Part shown: positions 53,385 through 64,000 of the stretch, piece by piece
How positions within the stretch are numbered: position 1 is the stretch's first letter
How the letters are laid out: every line of letters starts with the position of its first letter
Assembly (NCBI GenBank): GCA_963665095.1
Contig: OY762069.1
Coordinates: 1,824,001 to 1,888,000, forward strand
DNA: 64,000 nt
Direction of reading: 5' to 3'
From: an uncultured Desulfobacter sp.
Lineage (GTDB): Bacteria > Desulfobacterota > Desulfobacteria > Desulfobacterales > Desulfobacteraceae
Notes under the pieces: model-generated
Seen by the model: the letters and a program-made list of their open reading frames with translations, nothing else
The model's database searches: none
What the model was told of the DNA's origin: nothing
Position numbers and translations under genes: made by a program

Positions 53385-54149
53385 ATGAACATCGATGCTT
53401 TAACCAAGGTATTAAGCGCTGTGGCTGACGGCGCACTTCCTGTTGAGCGGGCTGTTGACCAGCTTCAACATCTCCCCTTTGAAGATATCGGACTGGCCCA
53501 TGTGGACCACCACCGGAGTCTGAGAAAAGGCTTTCCCGAAGTCATTTTTGGTCAGGGAAAAACCTCGGAACAAATCATTGCCATCCTTGATAAAATTCAG
53601 ACCGTAGAAAATATCGTACTTGTTACCCGCATAGACAGCAAAAAAGCCGCAAAGGTGATGGTACAATTCCCCAGTGCCCAATACTTTGACCAGGCACATC
53701 TGCTCAAAATCGAAACTCGGCCGCCTGAGATAACCGGACAAGGCACCATTCTGATCATCAGCGCTGGCACCTCTGATATACCGGTGGCTGAGGAGGCGGT
53801 TCTGACTGCCCGGGCCATGGGCAATGAGGTTAAGACCATTTACGACGTAGGCGTGGCCGGCATTCATCGCCTGTTCGCCCATCACCAGGAGTTGAAACAA
53901 GCTGCAGTAATTGTTGTTGTTGCCGGCATGGAAGGGGCGTTGCCCTCAGTGGTGGGCGGCCTGGTCAATGCCCCGGTAATTGCTGTGCCTACAAGCATTG
54001 GGTACGGTGCCAGTTTGAACGGCATCACAGCACTTTTAGGGATGCTGAACTCCTGCAGTTCCAATATTGCTGTTGTAAATATTGATAATGGATTCGGGGC
54101 TGGTTACATGGCTTCCACAATCAATCATGTGGGAATGGATCGCGTTTGA
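53385..54149 (+). CDS. larB: Nickel-pincer cofactor biosynthesis protein LarB (AIR-carboxylase-like)
   Basis: DHHR..RKGFPEVIFG.GK, AGTSDIPVAEEA, DVGVAGIHRL, AGMEGAL, VNIDNGFGA. Confidence 0.9.
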   Translation: MNIDALTKVLSAVADGALPVERAVDQLQHLPFEDIGLAHVDHHRSLRKGFPEVIFGQGKTSEQIIAILDKIQTVENIVLVTRIDSKKAAKVMVQFPSAQYFDQAHLLKIETRPPEITGQGTILIISAGTSDIPVAEEAVLTARAMGNEVKTIYDVGVAGIHRLFAHHQELKQAAVIVVVAGMEGALPSVVGGLVNAPVIAVPTSIGYGASLNGITALLGMLNSCSSNIAVVNIDNGFGAGYMASTINHVGMDRV

Positions 54150-54233
54150 AAAAAAAGTCACGCCTGTGTTGTGTGACAGAATAATTTTCACCTTGCCAGT
54201 TTGAGGCATAGCTGTTTATTTTCGTAAAATATT

Positions 54234-55382
54234 TTAAATCTGGCGACGCAGATCCAGTGCTTCCTTGTTCGAGGGTTCTATTCTTAAAATCCGATTCAGA
54301 TAATCATCTGCCTGAAGCACCTGTTTGTTATTAAAATAGAGTTTTGCGATCTGAAGTTTGGTTTTGACATCACCTCTGCGGTTTTCATCAACATTGAGAA
54401 AACACTCAAGGGCCTTTTCATGGTCACCGGTTTCAAGGTATATGGTGCCGGCCTTATACATCAAATCAAGATTGGCAGGGTTGTCCTTAATTGCCTGGGT
54501 GACAACCTGGGCAACAAATTCATACTCCTGATTTTCAAGGCAGATATCAATAATTCTTTCCTGGATCAACCGATTGCCACGGCTTTTAGCCATAACCCGT
54601 GAAAAAAGTACTTTTCCCTCTTTTCTAAACCCGTTCACCAGGAGTGTCTCCCCCAGGTGAACCGCTGAATCAAAATACCGGGTGCTCAGTGATACAATTT
54701 CCATGTATACCTGGGCCGCCTGTTTAAAGTCCCGACTGTCAATATAAAATTTAGCCAGATGACTTCGTGAGATGGTGTCCTGCTTGTTCACGGCAACCGC
54801 TTTCTGAAGACATTTTTCGCCGATCTCAGCTTTATGAGATTCAAGGTAAAGCAGGCCAAGTTTTCTTAAAATTCTTGATGCTGAGGGCTTGAATCTTAAC
54901 GCATTTCTGGTTGCATCAATGGCGCCTTCAATATTTCCTGACTCTTCACAGGTTCTTGCCTCAAGCATATGCAATTTAGCCTTGTCAGGATGATTGACCG
55001 CCTCCACAACGCTTCGTATTTTGAAATCCAGAGAAGCAAGGGTCAAGGGCTTAAGCAGATAACCGTCAATTTCATGCTCTGCCGCCTCTGACACAATATC
55101 ACGTTCGTTTTCTGCGGTAACCATGATAACCGGCAGATCCCGAAGGTCTTTATCGTGGCGCAGGTGGGCCAGCATCTGGCTGCCGTTCATTTCCGGCATA
55201 TTCCAGTCAACAATCACCAGATCACAGGAAGTATTTTTTAAAATATTTAAACCGGCCTTGCCGTTTTCTGCAAACAGGAGGTTTTTCCCGATTTCAAGAT
55301 TCCTAAGCATCTTGCGCAGAGTCAGGCGCATGCTCTTCATATCGTCTACCACCAGAATGGTCATGGTGTTTAAATCAATCAT
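54234..55382 (-). CDS. Response regulator with TPR repeats
   Basis: LVVDD, DWNMP, KP; helical TPR-like C-terminus. Confidence 0.88.
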   Translation of the reverse strand: MIDLNTMTILVVDDMKSMRLTLRKMLRNLEIGKNLLFAENGKAGLNILKNTSCDLVIVDWNMPEMNGSQMLAHLRHDKDLRDLPVIMVTAENERDIVSEAAEHEIDGYLLKPLTLASLDFKIRSVVEAVNHPDKAKLHMLEARTCEESGNIEGAIDATRNALRFKPSASRILRKLGLLYLESHKAEIGEKCLQKAVAVNKQDTISRSHLAKFYIDSRDFKQAAQVYMEIVSLSTRYFDSAVHLGETLLVNGFRKEGKVLFSRVMAKSRGNRLIQERIIDICLENQEYEFVAQVVTQAIKDNPANLDLMYKAGTIYLETGDHEKALECFLNVDENRRGDVKTKLQIAKLYFNNKQVLQADDYLNRILRIEPSNKEALDLRRQI

Positions 55383-57946
55383 ATTTGCGCTTCCTGAATA
55401 AACCGGTTCAAGTGGCCTTTAATCAGATCCGGCACAACCAACGCATCAGGCAGTTGGTCATCCGCTGCCATGGTTTCAATCTCAAAGGCGGCATGGCTCA
55501 GTTGCTCTGCGTTTACATTGGCTGCAGCGCCCTTTAGCGCATGGGCACAGGCCCTGACGGTTTCGGGGTCTGGATTGTCATCGAGAATGGCTGCCAGAAG
55601 ATTGTCCACAAGCTCTTCCGCCTCCTGGAAAAATGATTCCAATACGTCATCGGCAAGTTCTTCGTCATTGCCAAAGCGCTCAAATAATCCTGCCTGATCA
55701 AACACAGCCAAAGCCCTTGGCAATGAAACCGAATCCGCACCCAGGAGTGCACTTTTTTCAGGGGCAGGCTCGGTGTCAGATACAGGTATATCATTGCTTT
55801 TTTGTGTCAAATTGCCGGCATCTTGTCTGCCGGCTTTGAACTCTTCTATTATTGCCGCCAAGGCCTGGGGATTCACAGGCTTGGAAAGAAAATCGTTCAT
55901 GCCTGCATTTATACAGGTTTGTCTGTCTTTTTCAAAGGCATTTCCGGTCATGGCAATAATCGGCGTTGCAATTCGCTGCTCAGTTTGTTCAAACTCCCTG
56001 ATCCGGCGGCTGGTTTCATATCCGTCCATAACCGGCATCTGGCAGTCCATAAGAATCAGATCGTACCGGTTGTTTTTCACCTTTTCCAGCGCCATTTCTC
56101 CGTTGGAAGCGGCGTCCGTCTGATATCCCTGCTTTCTTATAAGCGCCTGGGCCGTTAGCACATTGGTTTCGATATCATCTACAATTAAAATTTTAAATGC
56201 CTGCTTTTCGCGTTCAGCAAGGGCATACCTGGTTATAATAGCCCGGTTGGCCGCCTGATTTGGAGAAGAAAGAACCAGGCGGATGGCATCCTGAAGGATG
56301 GTGCCGTCCAAAGGATAACTTAAAAACGCTGAAAAGCCTAAATCTTCAAACTCCCTGGCATCCCCTTTTTTGCCTATGGCAGTGACAATCATGCGTCGGA
56401 TCTCTTTTAATTCAGCATGTTCGCTAAAGGTTTTGCCTAAAGCCCTTGCATACCGGTCAGACTCACTGACCTCCATGATCACCACATGGAAGGGGGTAGC
56501 AGTGTCTTTTGCAAAAAGAACAAGATCTGTAATCTTGTCATGCGTGCAAGTTTCATAAGACGCTTTGATTCGGTCCAGCGCCTTTATAAGTCTGGAGCTT
56601 GGTTCAGGGCCGTCTGAAACAGCTGCCACCCGAATCTGATCCAGGGGGATAGAAGACAGATCCAGGGCCACCTCTTCGGGCGGCTGTTTTTTAAATGGCA
56701 CTTCAAACCAGAATGTTGACCCGATCATTTCAATGCTGTCAGCACCGACTTGTCCGCCCATCATTTCAATAAACATTTTACAAATGGAGAGGCCAAGCCC
56801 TGTGCCGCCAAATCGTTTGGTAATAGAAGAATCGGCCTGGACAAACGGGGTAAAAAGCCCTTTGAGCACCTCCTCACCAATCCCTATGCCGGTATCATCA
56901 ACGCTGAAATGAACCAGCGCCTGATCATCGGTATCATCTTTCAGTGTGACATTAAGACTCACGGACCCGGACTCCGTAAATTTGATGGCATTGCCGGTGA
57001 AATTTAAAATCACCTGGCGGATACGGCCGATATCCCCTTTTAAAAGCCTTGGCACATCCGTATCAATATTATAATAAAAATCAAGCCCCTTCTGTCTTGC
57101 CTGCAGTTCGGGCAAAGAGACAATATCCTTTACGGCAATATCCAGATCAAATGGCCGGATATCCAGCTCAATCTTACCAGCTTCGATTTTGGACAGATCC
57201 AGAATATCATTGACTATCGTTAACAGGGCTTTAGCGCTGTTATAGGCAATGTCAGCATGACGCCGCTGTTCAGCGTCAAGATCAGAGTCCAGAAGCACAT
57301 GAATCATACCTAAAACCCCGTTCATGGGATTTCGTATTTCATGGCTCATATTGGCTAAAAATCTGTCCTTTACTTCAATTGCGTTTTTAGCCTCCTCCAT
57401 GACTTTCTCCGACTCCTGCCGGATCATATTCATCTCTTTGGTCTGACGCCGTAAAGTTTTAGCCAGAGCCTGCTGTTTGTTGTGCAAAAGAATAAAAACA
57501 GACCCAAGGCCTGCGAACAAAACAGCCAGATAAATCATACGGTATTCATTCAAATTTAAGAGACCAGGCCCCCAGGACGGTCCGAAATAAAAGAAAACTA
57601 CCAGGGATGCTATAATAAAAAAACAGATGAACAGATCGCTTCTGTCCTCCATAAAAATACCGGCTGACAGGCAGAAAATAAACAGATAAAGGCCGGGACT
57701 GAAAATGCCGCCGGTAAAACAGACAAAAAAAGTTGTATATGCAATAAATACAAGCCCAACCGTCAATGCTTTGAACTTGGGTCGGGCATCCAATAAATAA
57801 TTTGCCGCCCAGATCATACAGATGGCTGCAATACCAGGGCCGATCATACTTAAGGCACCGGCATACAAACATAGTCCTGTCAAACTGAGTACAATGCCTG
57901 TCATTATCAATGACAGCCAAATTTGAATGTGTCTGTATGTTATCAT
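55379..57946 (-). CDS. Membrane hybrid histidine kinase with receiver and Hpt domains
   Basis: N-terminal TMs; FLANMSHEIRNP, GGTGLGL, MDCQMP, AHALKGAA. Confidence 0.92.
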   Translation of the reverse strand: MITYRHIQIWLSLIMTGIVLSLTGLCLYAGALSMIGPGIAAICMIWAANYLLDARPKFKALTVGLVFIAYTTFFVCFTGGIFSPGLYLFIFCLSAGIFMEDRSDLFICFFIIASLVVFFYFGPSWGPGLLNLNEYRMIYLAVLFAGLGSVFILLHNKQQALAKTLRRQTKEMNMIRQESEKVMEEAKNAIEVKDRFLANMSHEIRNPMNGVLGMIHVLLDSDLDAEQRRHADIAYNSAKALLTIVNDILDLSKIEAGKIELDIRPFDLDIAVKDIVSLPELQARQKGLDFYYNIDTDVPRLLKGDIGRIRQVILNFTGNAIKFTESGSVSLNVTLKDDTDDQALVHFSVDDTGIGIGEEVLKGLFTPFVQADSSITKRFGGTGLGLSICKMFIEMMGGQVGADSIEMIGSTFWFEVPFKKQPPEEVALDLSSIPLDQIRVAAVSDGPEPSSRLIKALDRIKASYETCTHDKITDLVLFAKDTATPFHVVIMEVSESDRYARALGKTFSEHAELKEIRRMIVTAIGKKGDAREFEDLGFSAFLSYPLDGTILQDAIRLVLSSPNQAANRAIITRYALAEREKQAFKILIVDDIETNVLTAQALIRKQGYQTDAASNGEMALEKVKNNRYDLILMDCQMPVMDGYETSRRIREFEQTEQRIATPIIAMTGNAFEKDRQTCINAGMNDFLSKPVNPQALAAIIEEFKAGRQDAGNLTQKSNDIPVSDTEPAPEKSALLGADSVSLPRALAVFDQAGLFERFGNDEELADDVLESFFQEAEELVDNLLAAILDDNPDPETVRACAHALKGAAANVNAEQLSHAAFEIETMAADDQLPDALVVPDLIKGHLNRFIQEAQI

Positions 57947-58145
57947 GGGACCTGGCTTTTAATTGTGTAAATTTATTATGGAGTGGAAGTCGTTCAATAA
58001 TAACCAGGCAAAAGATTGAATGTCAATTGTAAATACCGGCATTTACCCTGAACAGGGATTATTTAATTTTAATAAGCTTTTGTTTTTTTCTTGACAGCTG
58101 TGTAATTAATATATAATTAATCTTCTTAAGTAAAAGTGAATTATT

Positions 58146-58241
58146 ATGATTAGAATAAATAGCCAAAATATTATCAGCAGCCTGGTGGTCCTTATTATCG
58201 TGGAGGTGATTCTTGTCACCTCCTGGCGAAGGGGCGATTAG
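58146..58241 (+). CDS. ilv/leu attenuator leader peptide
   Basis: MIRINSQNIISSLVVLIIVEVILVTSWRRGD: 15 of 31 residues are Ile, Leu or Val. Confidence 0.8.
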   Translation: MIRINSQNIISSLVVLIIVEVILVTSWRRGD

Positions 58242-58261
58242 TGGCTTAAACTGATTGGATT

Positions 58262-58307
58262 AAAAAAGCCGTTACCAGCCCCGAAGGGGGGCGGTAACGG
58301 CTTTTTT
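58262..58307 (+). terminator. Attenuator terminator
   Basis: AAAAAAGCCGTTACC..GGTAACGGCTTTTTT; the 5' arm can alternatively pair with GGGGC..TAGTGGCTT at 58231-58247. Confidence 0.85.
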
Positions 58308-58328
58308 GCTTTTAGGAGAGTAACAAAA

Positions 58329-59999
58329 ATGATGAGAAGTCATATTGCAACCCGTGGTGTGGCAAGAGCCCCCCATCGTGGCCTGCTTAAAGCCCTGGGC
58401 TACACGGACAAAGAGATTGAACGGCCATGGATCGGCATTGCCAATTCCGCCAATGAACTGATACCCGGACATATGCACCTGGATAATATTGTTAAGGCCG
58501 TAAAAACCGGCATCAGCCTTGCCGGCGGCACACCCATGGAGTTTTCCACCATTGGGGTCTGTGACGGCATTGCCATGAATCACACCGGCATGCACTACTC
58601 TTTAGGGTCACGGGAGCTGATTGCCGACAGCATTGAAGTCAGTGCGACGGCCCACCCCTTTGATGCCATTGTTATGGTGCCCAACTGCGATAAAATTGTT
58701 CCGGGCATGCTCATGGCCGCGGCCCGGCTTAATATCCCCACCATTTTTATCAGTGGCGGACCCATGCTTGCGGGCCGCCACCCCCGGGACAGATCAAAAA
58801 AGGTGGACCTGATCACCATCTTTGAGGCAGTGGGTGCCGTCAAAACAGGCAAAATGACCGAGGAAGAACTGCTGGAGATGGAAAATGCAGGTTGCCCCAC
58901 CTGCGGTTCCTGTTCCGGCATGTTTACAGCCAACTCCATGAACTGCCTGACCGAGGCCATTGGCATGGCCCTGCCTGGAAACGGCACCATCCCCGCCCCT
59001 ATGTCCAGCCGTCTGCGCCTGGCAAAAGAGGCTGGTATGCAGATCATGGAACTGCTGGAAAAAAATATTACCCCGGACAAGATCATGACCAAAGAGGCGT
59101 TTATGAACGCCCTTGCTGTGGATATGGCCCTGGGATGTTCAACCAACACCGTTCTGCATCTCAAAGGCATTGCTTCGGAAGCCGGTGTTGATATCCCGCT
59201 GGAACTGATCAATGAGGTCAGTAAAAAAACACCCCATCTGTGCTCCTTAAGCCCCGGGGGAAAAGATCATATTGAAGACCTTGACGGTGCCGGCGGTATC
59301 CAGGCGGTGATGAAAGAGCTCTGTGACAACGGCATGATCAACACAGGCCTAATTACAGCCACGGGGAAAACTATTGCCCAAAACCTTGAAAATGCAAAAA
59401 TTCTGGATACAGACATCATCCGTCCGGTGGCAGATCCCTATCATAGGGAAGGCGGCCTGGCCGTACTTTTCGGCAACCTGGCCGAAGAAGGCTGTGTGGT
59501 CAAACAGTCGGCCGTACTGCCCGAAATGATGACCCATCAGGGTCCGTCCCGGGTATTCAACAGTGAGGAAGATGCCTCTGCGGCTATTATGGCACGGCAG
59601 ATCAATCCTGGCGATGTCATTGTGATCCGGTACGAAGGACCTGCCGGAGGACCCGGCATGCGGGAGATGCTGACACCAACCTCCGCCATTGCCGGTATGG
59701 GCCTGGATGACAGATGTGCATTAATTACAGACGGCCGGTTCTCAGGGGGCACCAAAGGTGCCAGCATCGGGCATGTCTCTCCGGAGGCGGCCCAGGGTGG
59801 CCTTATAGCCCTGGTGAAAGAAGGCGACCAGATCCGCATTGACATTCCCAATAAAACCATAGAACTGCTGGTGCCGCAGGATGAGATTGACCGGCGCAGG
59901 GTTGAGTGGAAAAAACCGGAACCCAAAATTAAAACAGGCTATATGGCCCGCTATGCCAGGATGGTGACATCTGCCGGCAACGGGGCGGTGTTTAAATAA
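58329..59999 (+). CDS. ilvD: Dihydroxy-acid dehydratase
   Basis: [42 protein letters not shown]. Confidence 0.97.
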   Translation: MMRSHIATRGVARAPHRGLLKALGYTDKEIERPWIGIANSANELIPGHMHLDNIVKAVKTGISLAGGTPMEFSTIGVCDGIAMNHTGMHYSLGSRELIADSIEVSATAHPFDAIVMVPNCDKIVPGMLMAAARLNIPTIFISGGPMLAGRHPRDRSKKVDLITIFEAVGAVKTGKMTEEELLEMENAGCPTCGSCSGMFTANSMNCLTEAIGMALPGNGTIPAPMSSRLRLAKEAGMQIMELLEKNITPDKIMTKEAFMNALAVDMALGCSTNTVLHLKGIASEAGVDIPLELINEVSKKTPHLCSLSPGGKDHIEDLDGAGGIQAVMKELCDNGMINTGLITATGKTIAQNLENAKILDTDIIRPVADPYHREGGLAVLFGNLAEEGCVVKQSAVLPEMMTHQGPSRVFNSEEDASAAIMARQINPGDVIVIRYEGPAGGPGMREMLTPTSAIAGMGLDDRCALITDGRFSGGTKGASIGHVSPEAAQGGLIALVKEGDQIRIDIPNKTIELLVPQDEIDRRRVEWKKPEPKIKTGYMARYARMVTSAGNGAVFK

Positions 60000-60009
60000 G
60001 GAGAGAACC

Positions 60010-61704
60010 ATGAAAATGACAGGGGCAGAAATCCTCATTCATATGATCAAGGCCCAGGGGGTTGACACTATCTTTGGATACCCTGGCGGTGCCACCATTG
60101 ATCTTCACTGCGAAATCAGCAAACATGATGATCTTAAACATATTCTGGTCCGCCACGAGCAAGGGGCCGTACATATGGCCGATGCCTATGCCAGAGCCAA
60201 AAAGACAACAGGTGTGGCTTTGGTGACATCTGGCCCGGGGGCCACCAATACCGTAACAGGTCTTGCCTCAGCCCATTGTGATTCCATTCCCATAGTGGTT
60301 TTTACCGGACAGGTTCCCACAGGGCTTATCGGCAATGATGCCTTTCAGGAAGTGGATATTGTTGGCATTACCCGGCCCTGCACCAAGCATAACTATCTGG
60401 TAAAAGATCTTAATAAACTTGCCGCCATTATCCAGGAAGCCTTTTTCATTGCTAAATCAGGCCGTCCCGGACCGGTTCTGGTGGATCTGCCCAAGGATAT
60501 TATCCAGGCCCAGATCGAATTCCAAATGCCGGAACCGGTTAAAATGCGCACTTACAAGCCCAACTACAAACCCAATAAAAAGCAGATGAGCCGGGCGGTT
60601 GAGATGCTTAAAGAGGCACGCAGGCCGGTTATGTTTGCCGGCGGCGGGGTGATTTTATCCCGGGCAGGAGATGAATTCACCAAAATCGCACGGTACGCCA
60701 ATATTCCTGTTACGGCTTCTCTGATGGGACTTGGCGCCTTTCCAGGATCTGATCCCAACTGGCTTGGCATGCTTGGCATGCACGGTACGTACCGGGCCAA
60801 TATGAGCATCGGCCACAGTGACCTGATTTTCGCGGCCGGTGTCCGGTTTGACGACCGGGTTACAGGGAACCTGGAAAAATTTGCCAAGGGTGCAAAAATC
60901 ATTCAGATCGATATCGACCCCACCTCCATCCACAAAAACGTGGAGGTGGACTGCCCCATTGTGGGGGACTGCAAACTTGCCTTGGCCGGTATTGCTGAAC
61001 TGATGGAAAAGGAGCCGGCTGAGGCCTTTATGCAGGAGCGTGATCTCTGGCTGGACCGCATTGCTGAATGGAAACGCCTCTCCCCGCAGAAATATGACCA
61101 GTCCTTTGACACCATCAAGCCCCAGTATGTGGTTGAAAAGCTCTATGAAGTGACAAAAGGAGATGCCATTGTCACCACTGAAGTGGGCCAGAACCAGATG
61201 TGGGCTGCCCAGTATTACCATTTCGACAAGCCCAACCACTTTATCACCTCAGGGGGATTAGGGGTCATGGGGTTCGGCCTGCCGGCAGCTGTGGGGGCCA
61301 AGGCTGCAGCACCGGACAAATTAGTTGTATGCGTGGCCGGGGACGGCTCTGTCCAGATGAACTCCCAGGAGTTGATGACAGCGGTGGCCGCAGGTCTGGA
61401 TATTAAAATTGTTATCCTGAACAACCGCTTTCTTGGCATGGTCCGCCAGTGGCAGGAGTTTTTCTACGACAAGAACTATGCAGACACCAATCTTGAAAAC
61501 GCCCATCCGGATTTTGTGAAGCTGGCTGAGGCGTATGGCGCCAAAGGCTTCAGATGTGATGATCCGGCCAATGTCACCCAGACCCTTGAACAGGGGTTGA
61601 ATACAGCAGGCACCGTAATCATGGAATTTGTTGTTGAGCGGGAAGAATCGGTCTATCCCATGGTTCCGGCCGGCGGTGCCATTACTGATATGCTTTTAGT
61701 TTAA
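60010..61704 (+). CDS. ilvB: Acetolactate synthase large subunit
   Basis: FGYPGG, RHEQGA, TSGPGATN, GDGSVQMN. Confidence 0.96.
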   Translation: MKMTGAEILIHMIKAQGVDTIFGYPGGATIDLHCEISKHDDLKHILVRHEQGAVHMADAYARAKKTTGVALVTSGPGATNTVTGLASAHCDSIPIVVFTGQVPTGLIGNDAFQEVDIVGITRPCTKHNYLVKDLNKLAAIIQEAFFIAKSGRPGPVLVDLPKDIIQAQIEFQMPEPVKMRTYKPNYKPNKKQMSRAVEMLKEARRPVMFAGGGVILSRAGDEFTKIARYANIPVTASLMGLGAFPGSDPNWLGMLGMHGTYRANMSIGHSDLIFAAGVRFDDRVTGNLEKFAKGAKIIQIDIDPTSIHKNVEVDCPIVGDCKLALAGIAELMEKEPAEAFMQERDLWLDRIAEWKRLSPQKYDQSFDTIKPQYVVEKLYEVTKGDAIVTTEVGQNQMWAAQYYHFDKPNHFITSGGLGVMGFGLPAAVGAKAAAPDKLVVCVAGDGSVQMNSQELMTAVAAGLDIKIVILNNRFLGMVRQWQEFFYDKNYADTNLENAHPDFVKLAEAYGAKGFRCDDPANVTQTLEQGLNTAGTVIMEFVVEREESVYPMVPAGGAITDMLLV

Positions 61705-61720
61705 ATCAAGGACAACCATC

Positions 61721-62212
61721 ATGGAAACCAACAGATATATACTTTCGATCCTTGTGGATAATGAGCCCGGTGTCCTGTCCAGAATTTCAGGACTTTTTTC
61801 CGGCCGCGGTTTTAATATTGATTCTTTAAGTGTGGCGAAAACCCCTGATCCGGATGTGTCCGTGATCACCATGGTCACCTTCTGTGACGAACATATTATC
61901 GAACAGATTAAAAAACAGCTTAATAAGCTGATTAATGTCATCACGGTCAATGACCTGACCGGAAAAAAATATGTAGAGCGCCAGCTCGCCCTTGTAAAAG
62001 TGCATGCCAAAACAGAAAAGCGGGCTGAGATTATGCGTGTTGTAGATATTTTCCGGGCAAGGATTGTGGATGTGGGGTCGGCTCATTTTATCGTTGAAGT
62101 GGCGGGCTCTGATGAAAAGTTAAGTGCATTTATGGAACTGATGCAGCCCATGGGCATAGTTGAGATTGCCTCAACAGGCACCATCGCCCTTGGCAGGGAG
62201 AACGGAAAATGA
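61721..62212 (+). CDS. ilvN: Acetolactate synthase small subunit
   Basis: NEPGVLSRISGLFSGRGFNIDSL ACT domain. Confidence 0.95.
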   Translation: METNRYILSILVDNEPGVLSRISGLFSGRGFNIDSLSVAKTPDPDVSVITMVTFCDEHIIEQIKKQLNKLINVITVNDLTGKKYVERQLALVKVHAKTEKRAEIMRVVDIFRARIVDVGSAHFIVEVAGSDEKLSAFMELMQPMGIVEIASTGTIALGRENGK

Positions 62213-63870
62213 ATACTCAAGGCAAAAGAAAAAAAGCCCTGCTCTACGACACAACACTTCGGGATGGTATGCAGGGAGAGAACATTTTCTTTTCCCCGGA
62301 GGACAAACTCAAAATAGCCACGCGCCTGGATGATGCGGGAATCCACTACATCGAAGGGGGATGGCCCGGTTCCAACCCGGGTGCCCAGGCCTTTTTTGAC
62401 CTGGTCCGGAATAAAAAATTCAAACAGGCCAGAATTTGTGCATTTGGGTCCACCCGGCGGCAGCACTCCACCTGTGAAAAAGATACCAACATAAAGGCTT
62501 TGCTTGATTCAGGCGCGCCTGTGGTAACGATTTTTGGAAAATCCTGGGATCTTCATGTCACAGAGATCATGAACAACACTGCTGAAGAGAACCTTGCCAT
62601 GATTGAGGAGAGCGTGGCCTATCTTTGTGAAAAAAAACGTGAAGTGATCTATGATGCCGAGCATTTTTATGACGGATATAAAGCCAACCCTGAATTTGCC
62701 CTTGAAACCCTGAGGGCGGCCCTGAAAGGAGGAACCCGCTGTCTGGTGCTCTGCGACACCAACGGCGGCTGTCTCCCCTGTGACATTGACACCATCACCC
62801 GGAACACCATTGCGGCATTGAAGGAGTATGGGGATGTCATTTTCGGAGTGCACACCCACAATGACTGTGCCATGGCTGTAGCCAATGCCATCAATGCCAT
62901 CCATGCCGGGGCCACCCTGGTCCAGGGCACGGTGAACGGATATGGCGAACGGTGCGGCAATGCCGACCTCACCGCCATCATTCCCATCCTTACCCTGAAA
63001 ATGCACCGGGAGTGCATAGACCCTGGGAACCTTACCAAACTTCAAAATCTGTCCAGATTTGTTTCGGAGACCGCCAACATGCCGCCCGTCAGCTCCAGGC
63101 CGTTTGTGGGACGATCAGCTTTCACCCATAAAGGCGGGGTTCATGTGTCTGCCATCATGAAGAATCCCAAAGCCTATGAGCATATGGACCCCGAACTTGT
63201 GGGGAACCGGCGGCGGGTTCTGGTCTCCGAGCAGTCCGGCAAAAGCAATATTGCCTACAAGGCAAGGGAGCTTGGCGTGAATCTCGGGGATGATGAGTCC
63301 AGAAAATCCCTGATTGTTCAGAATATCAAGGAGATGGAAAATTACGGGTACGAGTTTGATGCGGCAGAAGGATCGCTCAAGCTGATCATGGAAAAACTCA
63401 CCGAGCAGTACCACTCCCATTTTGACCTGGAGTCTTTCAGGGTGGTGGTGGAAAAAGACAGGGAAAAGCCGTGCTATTCCCATGCCATGATCAAAATCCG
63501 GGTAGGGGATAAAACCGAAATCACCTCTGCAGAAGGAGACGGTCCTGTTTCCGCACTGGATAATGCCCTGAGAAAGGCATTGTCCGCCATGTACCCAAGC
63601 GTCCAGGATCTGCATCTCGTTGACTTTAAGGTCCGTGTGATTGACGGGTCCGACGGTACCGATGCACGGGTCCGGGTATTGATCGAATCCAGGGACACAG
63701 ACAATATCTTTTCCACCATCGGCGTATCCGAGGATATTATTGAAGCCTCATGGCAGGCTCTGGCAGACAGTTTCCAGTATAAACTTGCCCTGGACAATGG
63801 GGAGAACACCTCAGATACCACGCAATCCGATACAACAGATAAAGATAAATCAAATCGCAGAACAGCTTGA
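62209..63870 (+). CDS. cimA: Citramalate synthase
   Basis: YDTTLRDGMQGE, IEGGWPGSNP, GKSWDLHV, YDAEHF, HKGGVH. Confidence 0.9.
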   Translation: MNTQGKRKKALLYDTTLRDGMQGENIFFSPEDKLKIATRLDDAGIHYIEGGWPGSNPGAQAFFDLVRNKKFKQARICAFGSTRRQHSTCEKDTNIKALLDSGAPVVTIFGKSWDLHVTEIMNNTAEENLAMIEESVAYLCEKKREVIYDAEHFYDGYKANPEFALETLRAALKGGTRCLVLCDTNGGCLPCDIDTITRNTIAALKEYGDVIFGVHTHNDCAMAVANAINAIHAGATLVQGTVNGYGERCGNADLTAIIPILTLKMHRECIDPGNLTKLQNLSRFVSETANMPPVSSRPFVGRSAFTHKGGVHVSAIMKNPKAYEHMDPELVGNRRRVLVSEQSGKSNIAYKARELGVNLGDDESRKSLIVQNIKEMENYGYEFDAAEGSLKLIMEKLTEQYHSHFDLESFRVVVEKDREKPCYSHAMIKIRVGDKTEITSAEGDGPVSALDNALRKALSAMYPSVQDLHLVDFKVRVIDGSDGTDARVRVLIESRDTDNIFSTIGVSEDIIEASWQALADSFQYKLALDNGENTSDTTQSDTTDKDKSNRRTA

Positions 63871-63964
63871 CACCCAACAAAGGCGGCATGGTCATAAGGC
63901 CCTGCCACCCCAGATGAAACCTGTCGGTAACAGGCTGTTTTACAAAATACAAGGATACAGAAAC

Positions 63965-64000
63965 ATGACTTCAGAAAAACAAAAAATTATTGTGTTTGAC
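63965..64000 (+). CDS. leuA: Probable 2-isopropylmalate synthase, 5' end only
   Basis: MTSEKQKIIVFD resembles the LeuA start preceding TTLRDG; operon context; only 12 codons visible. Confidence 0.5.
   Translation, partial: MTSEKQKIIVFD

Noticed and set aside
1..64000. CRISPR array, tRNA or rRNA genes
   Set aside because: No regularly spaced repeat-spacer pattern, cloverleaf or rRNA-like sequence noticed by eye; tRNAscan and CRISPR finders were not run.

Overview
The window looks like a sulfate-reducing deltaproteobacterial (Desulfobacteraceae-like) chromosome segment; this is inferred from gene content only. From about 1.7 to 31 kb it is an accessory mobile-element and defence island, followed by a few accessory enzyme and signalling genes to about 38 kb. 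The island holds an internally deleted IS1634 and an IS110/IS1111-group element (3308-9421). That element was hit twice, by a three-gene DDE/ExeA-ATPase transposon in its recombinase gene and by an IS3 element in its 3' non-coding RNA. Removing the IS3 reconstitutes a two-loop bridge/seek RNA whose guides match the element's own insertion site and circle junction. Next comes a run of minus-strand defence genes: DUF2188, patatin, a CD-NTase split by IS4 and an E2-like gene (short type II-like CBASS); SNF2 helicase, DUF1156 methylase and DUF499 ATPase; and an ABC-ATPase plus TOPRIM-like pair. An XRE/pseudo-IrrE regulator is transcribed divergently, and a type I R-M remnant is bracketed by two ~320-bp direct repeats. 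The remainder is core genome: mfd, xerD, an acidic-repeat FGE-fold protein, a ParA cluster, a sigma54 activator with a probable unannotated small target gene, cmoA, a ParM-like actin, larB, two-component genes, and an attenuator-controlled ilvD-ilvB-ilvN-cimA-leuA operon. All calls come from manual motif reading; no database searches were run.
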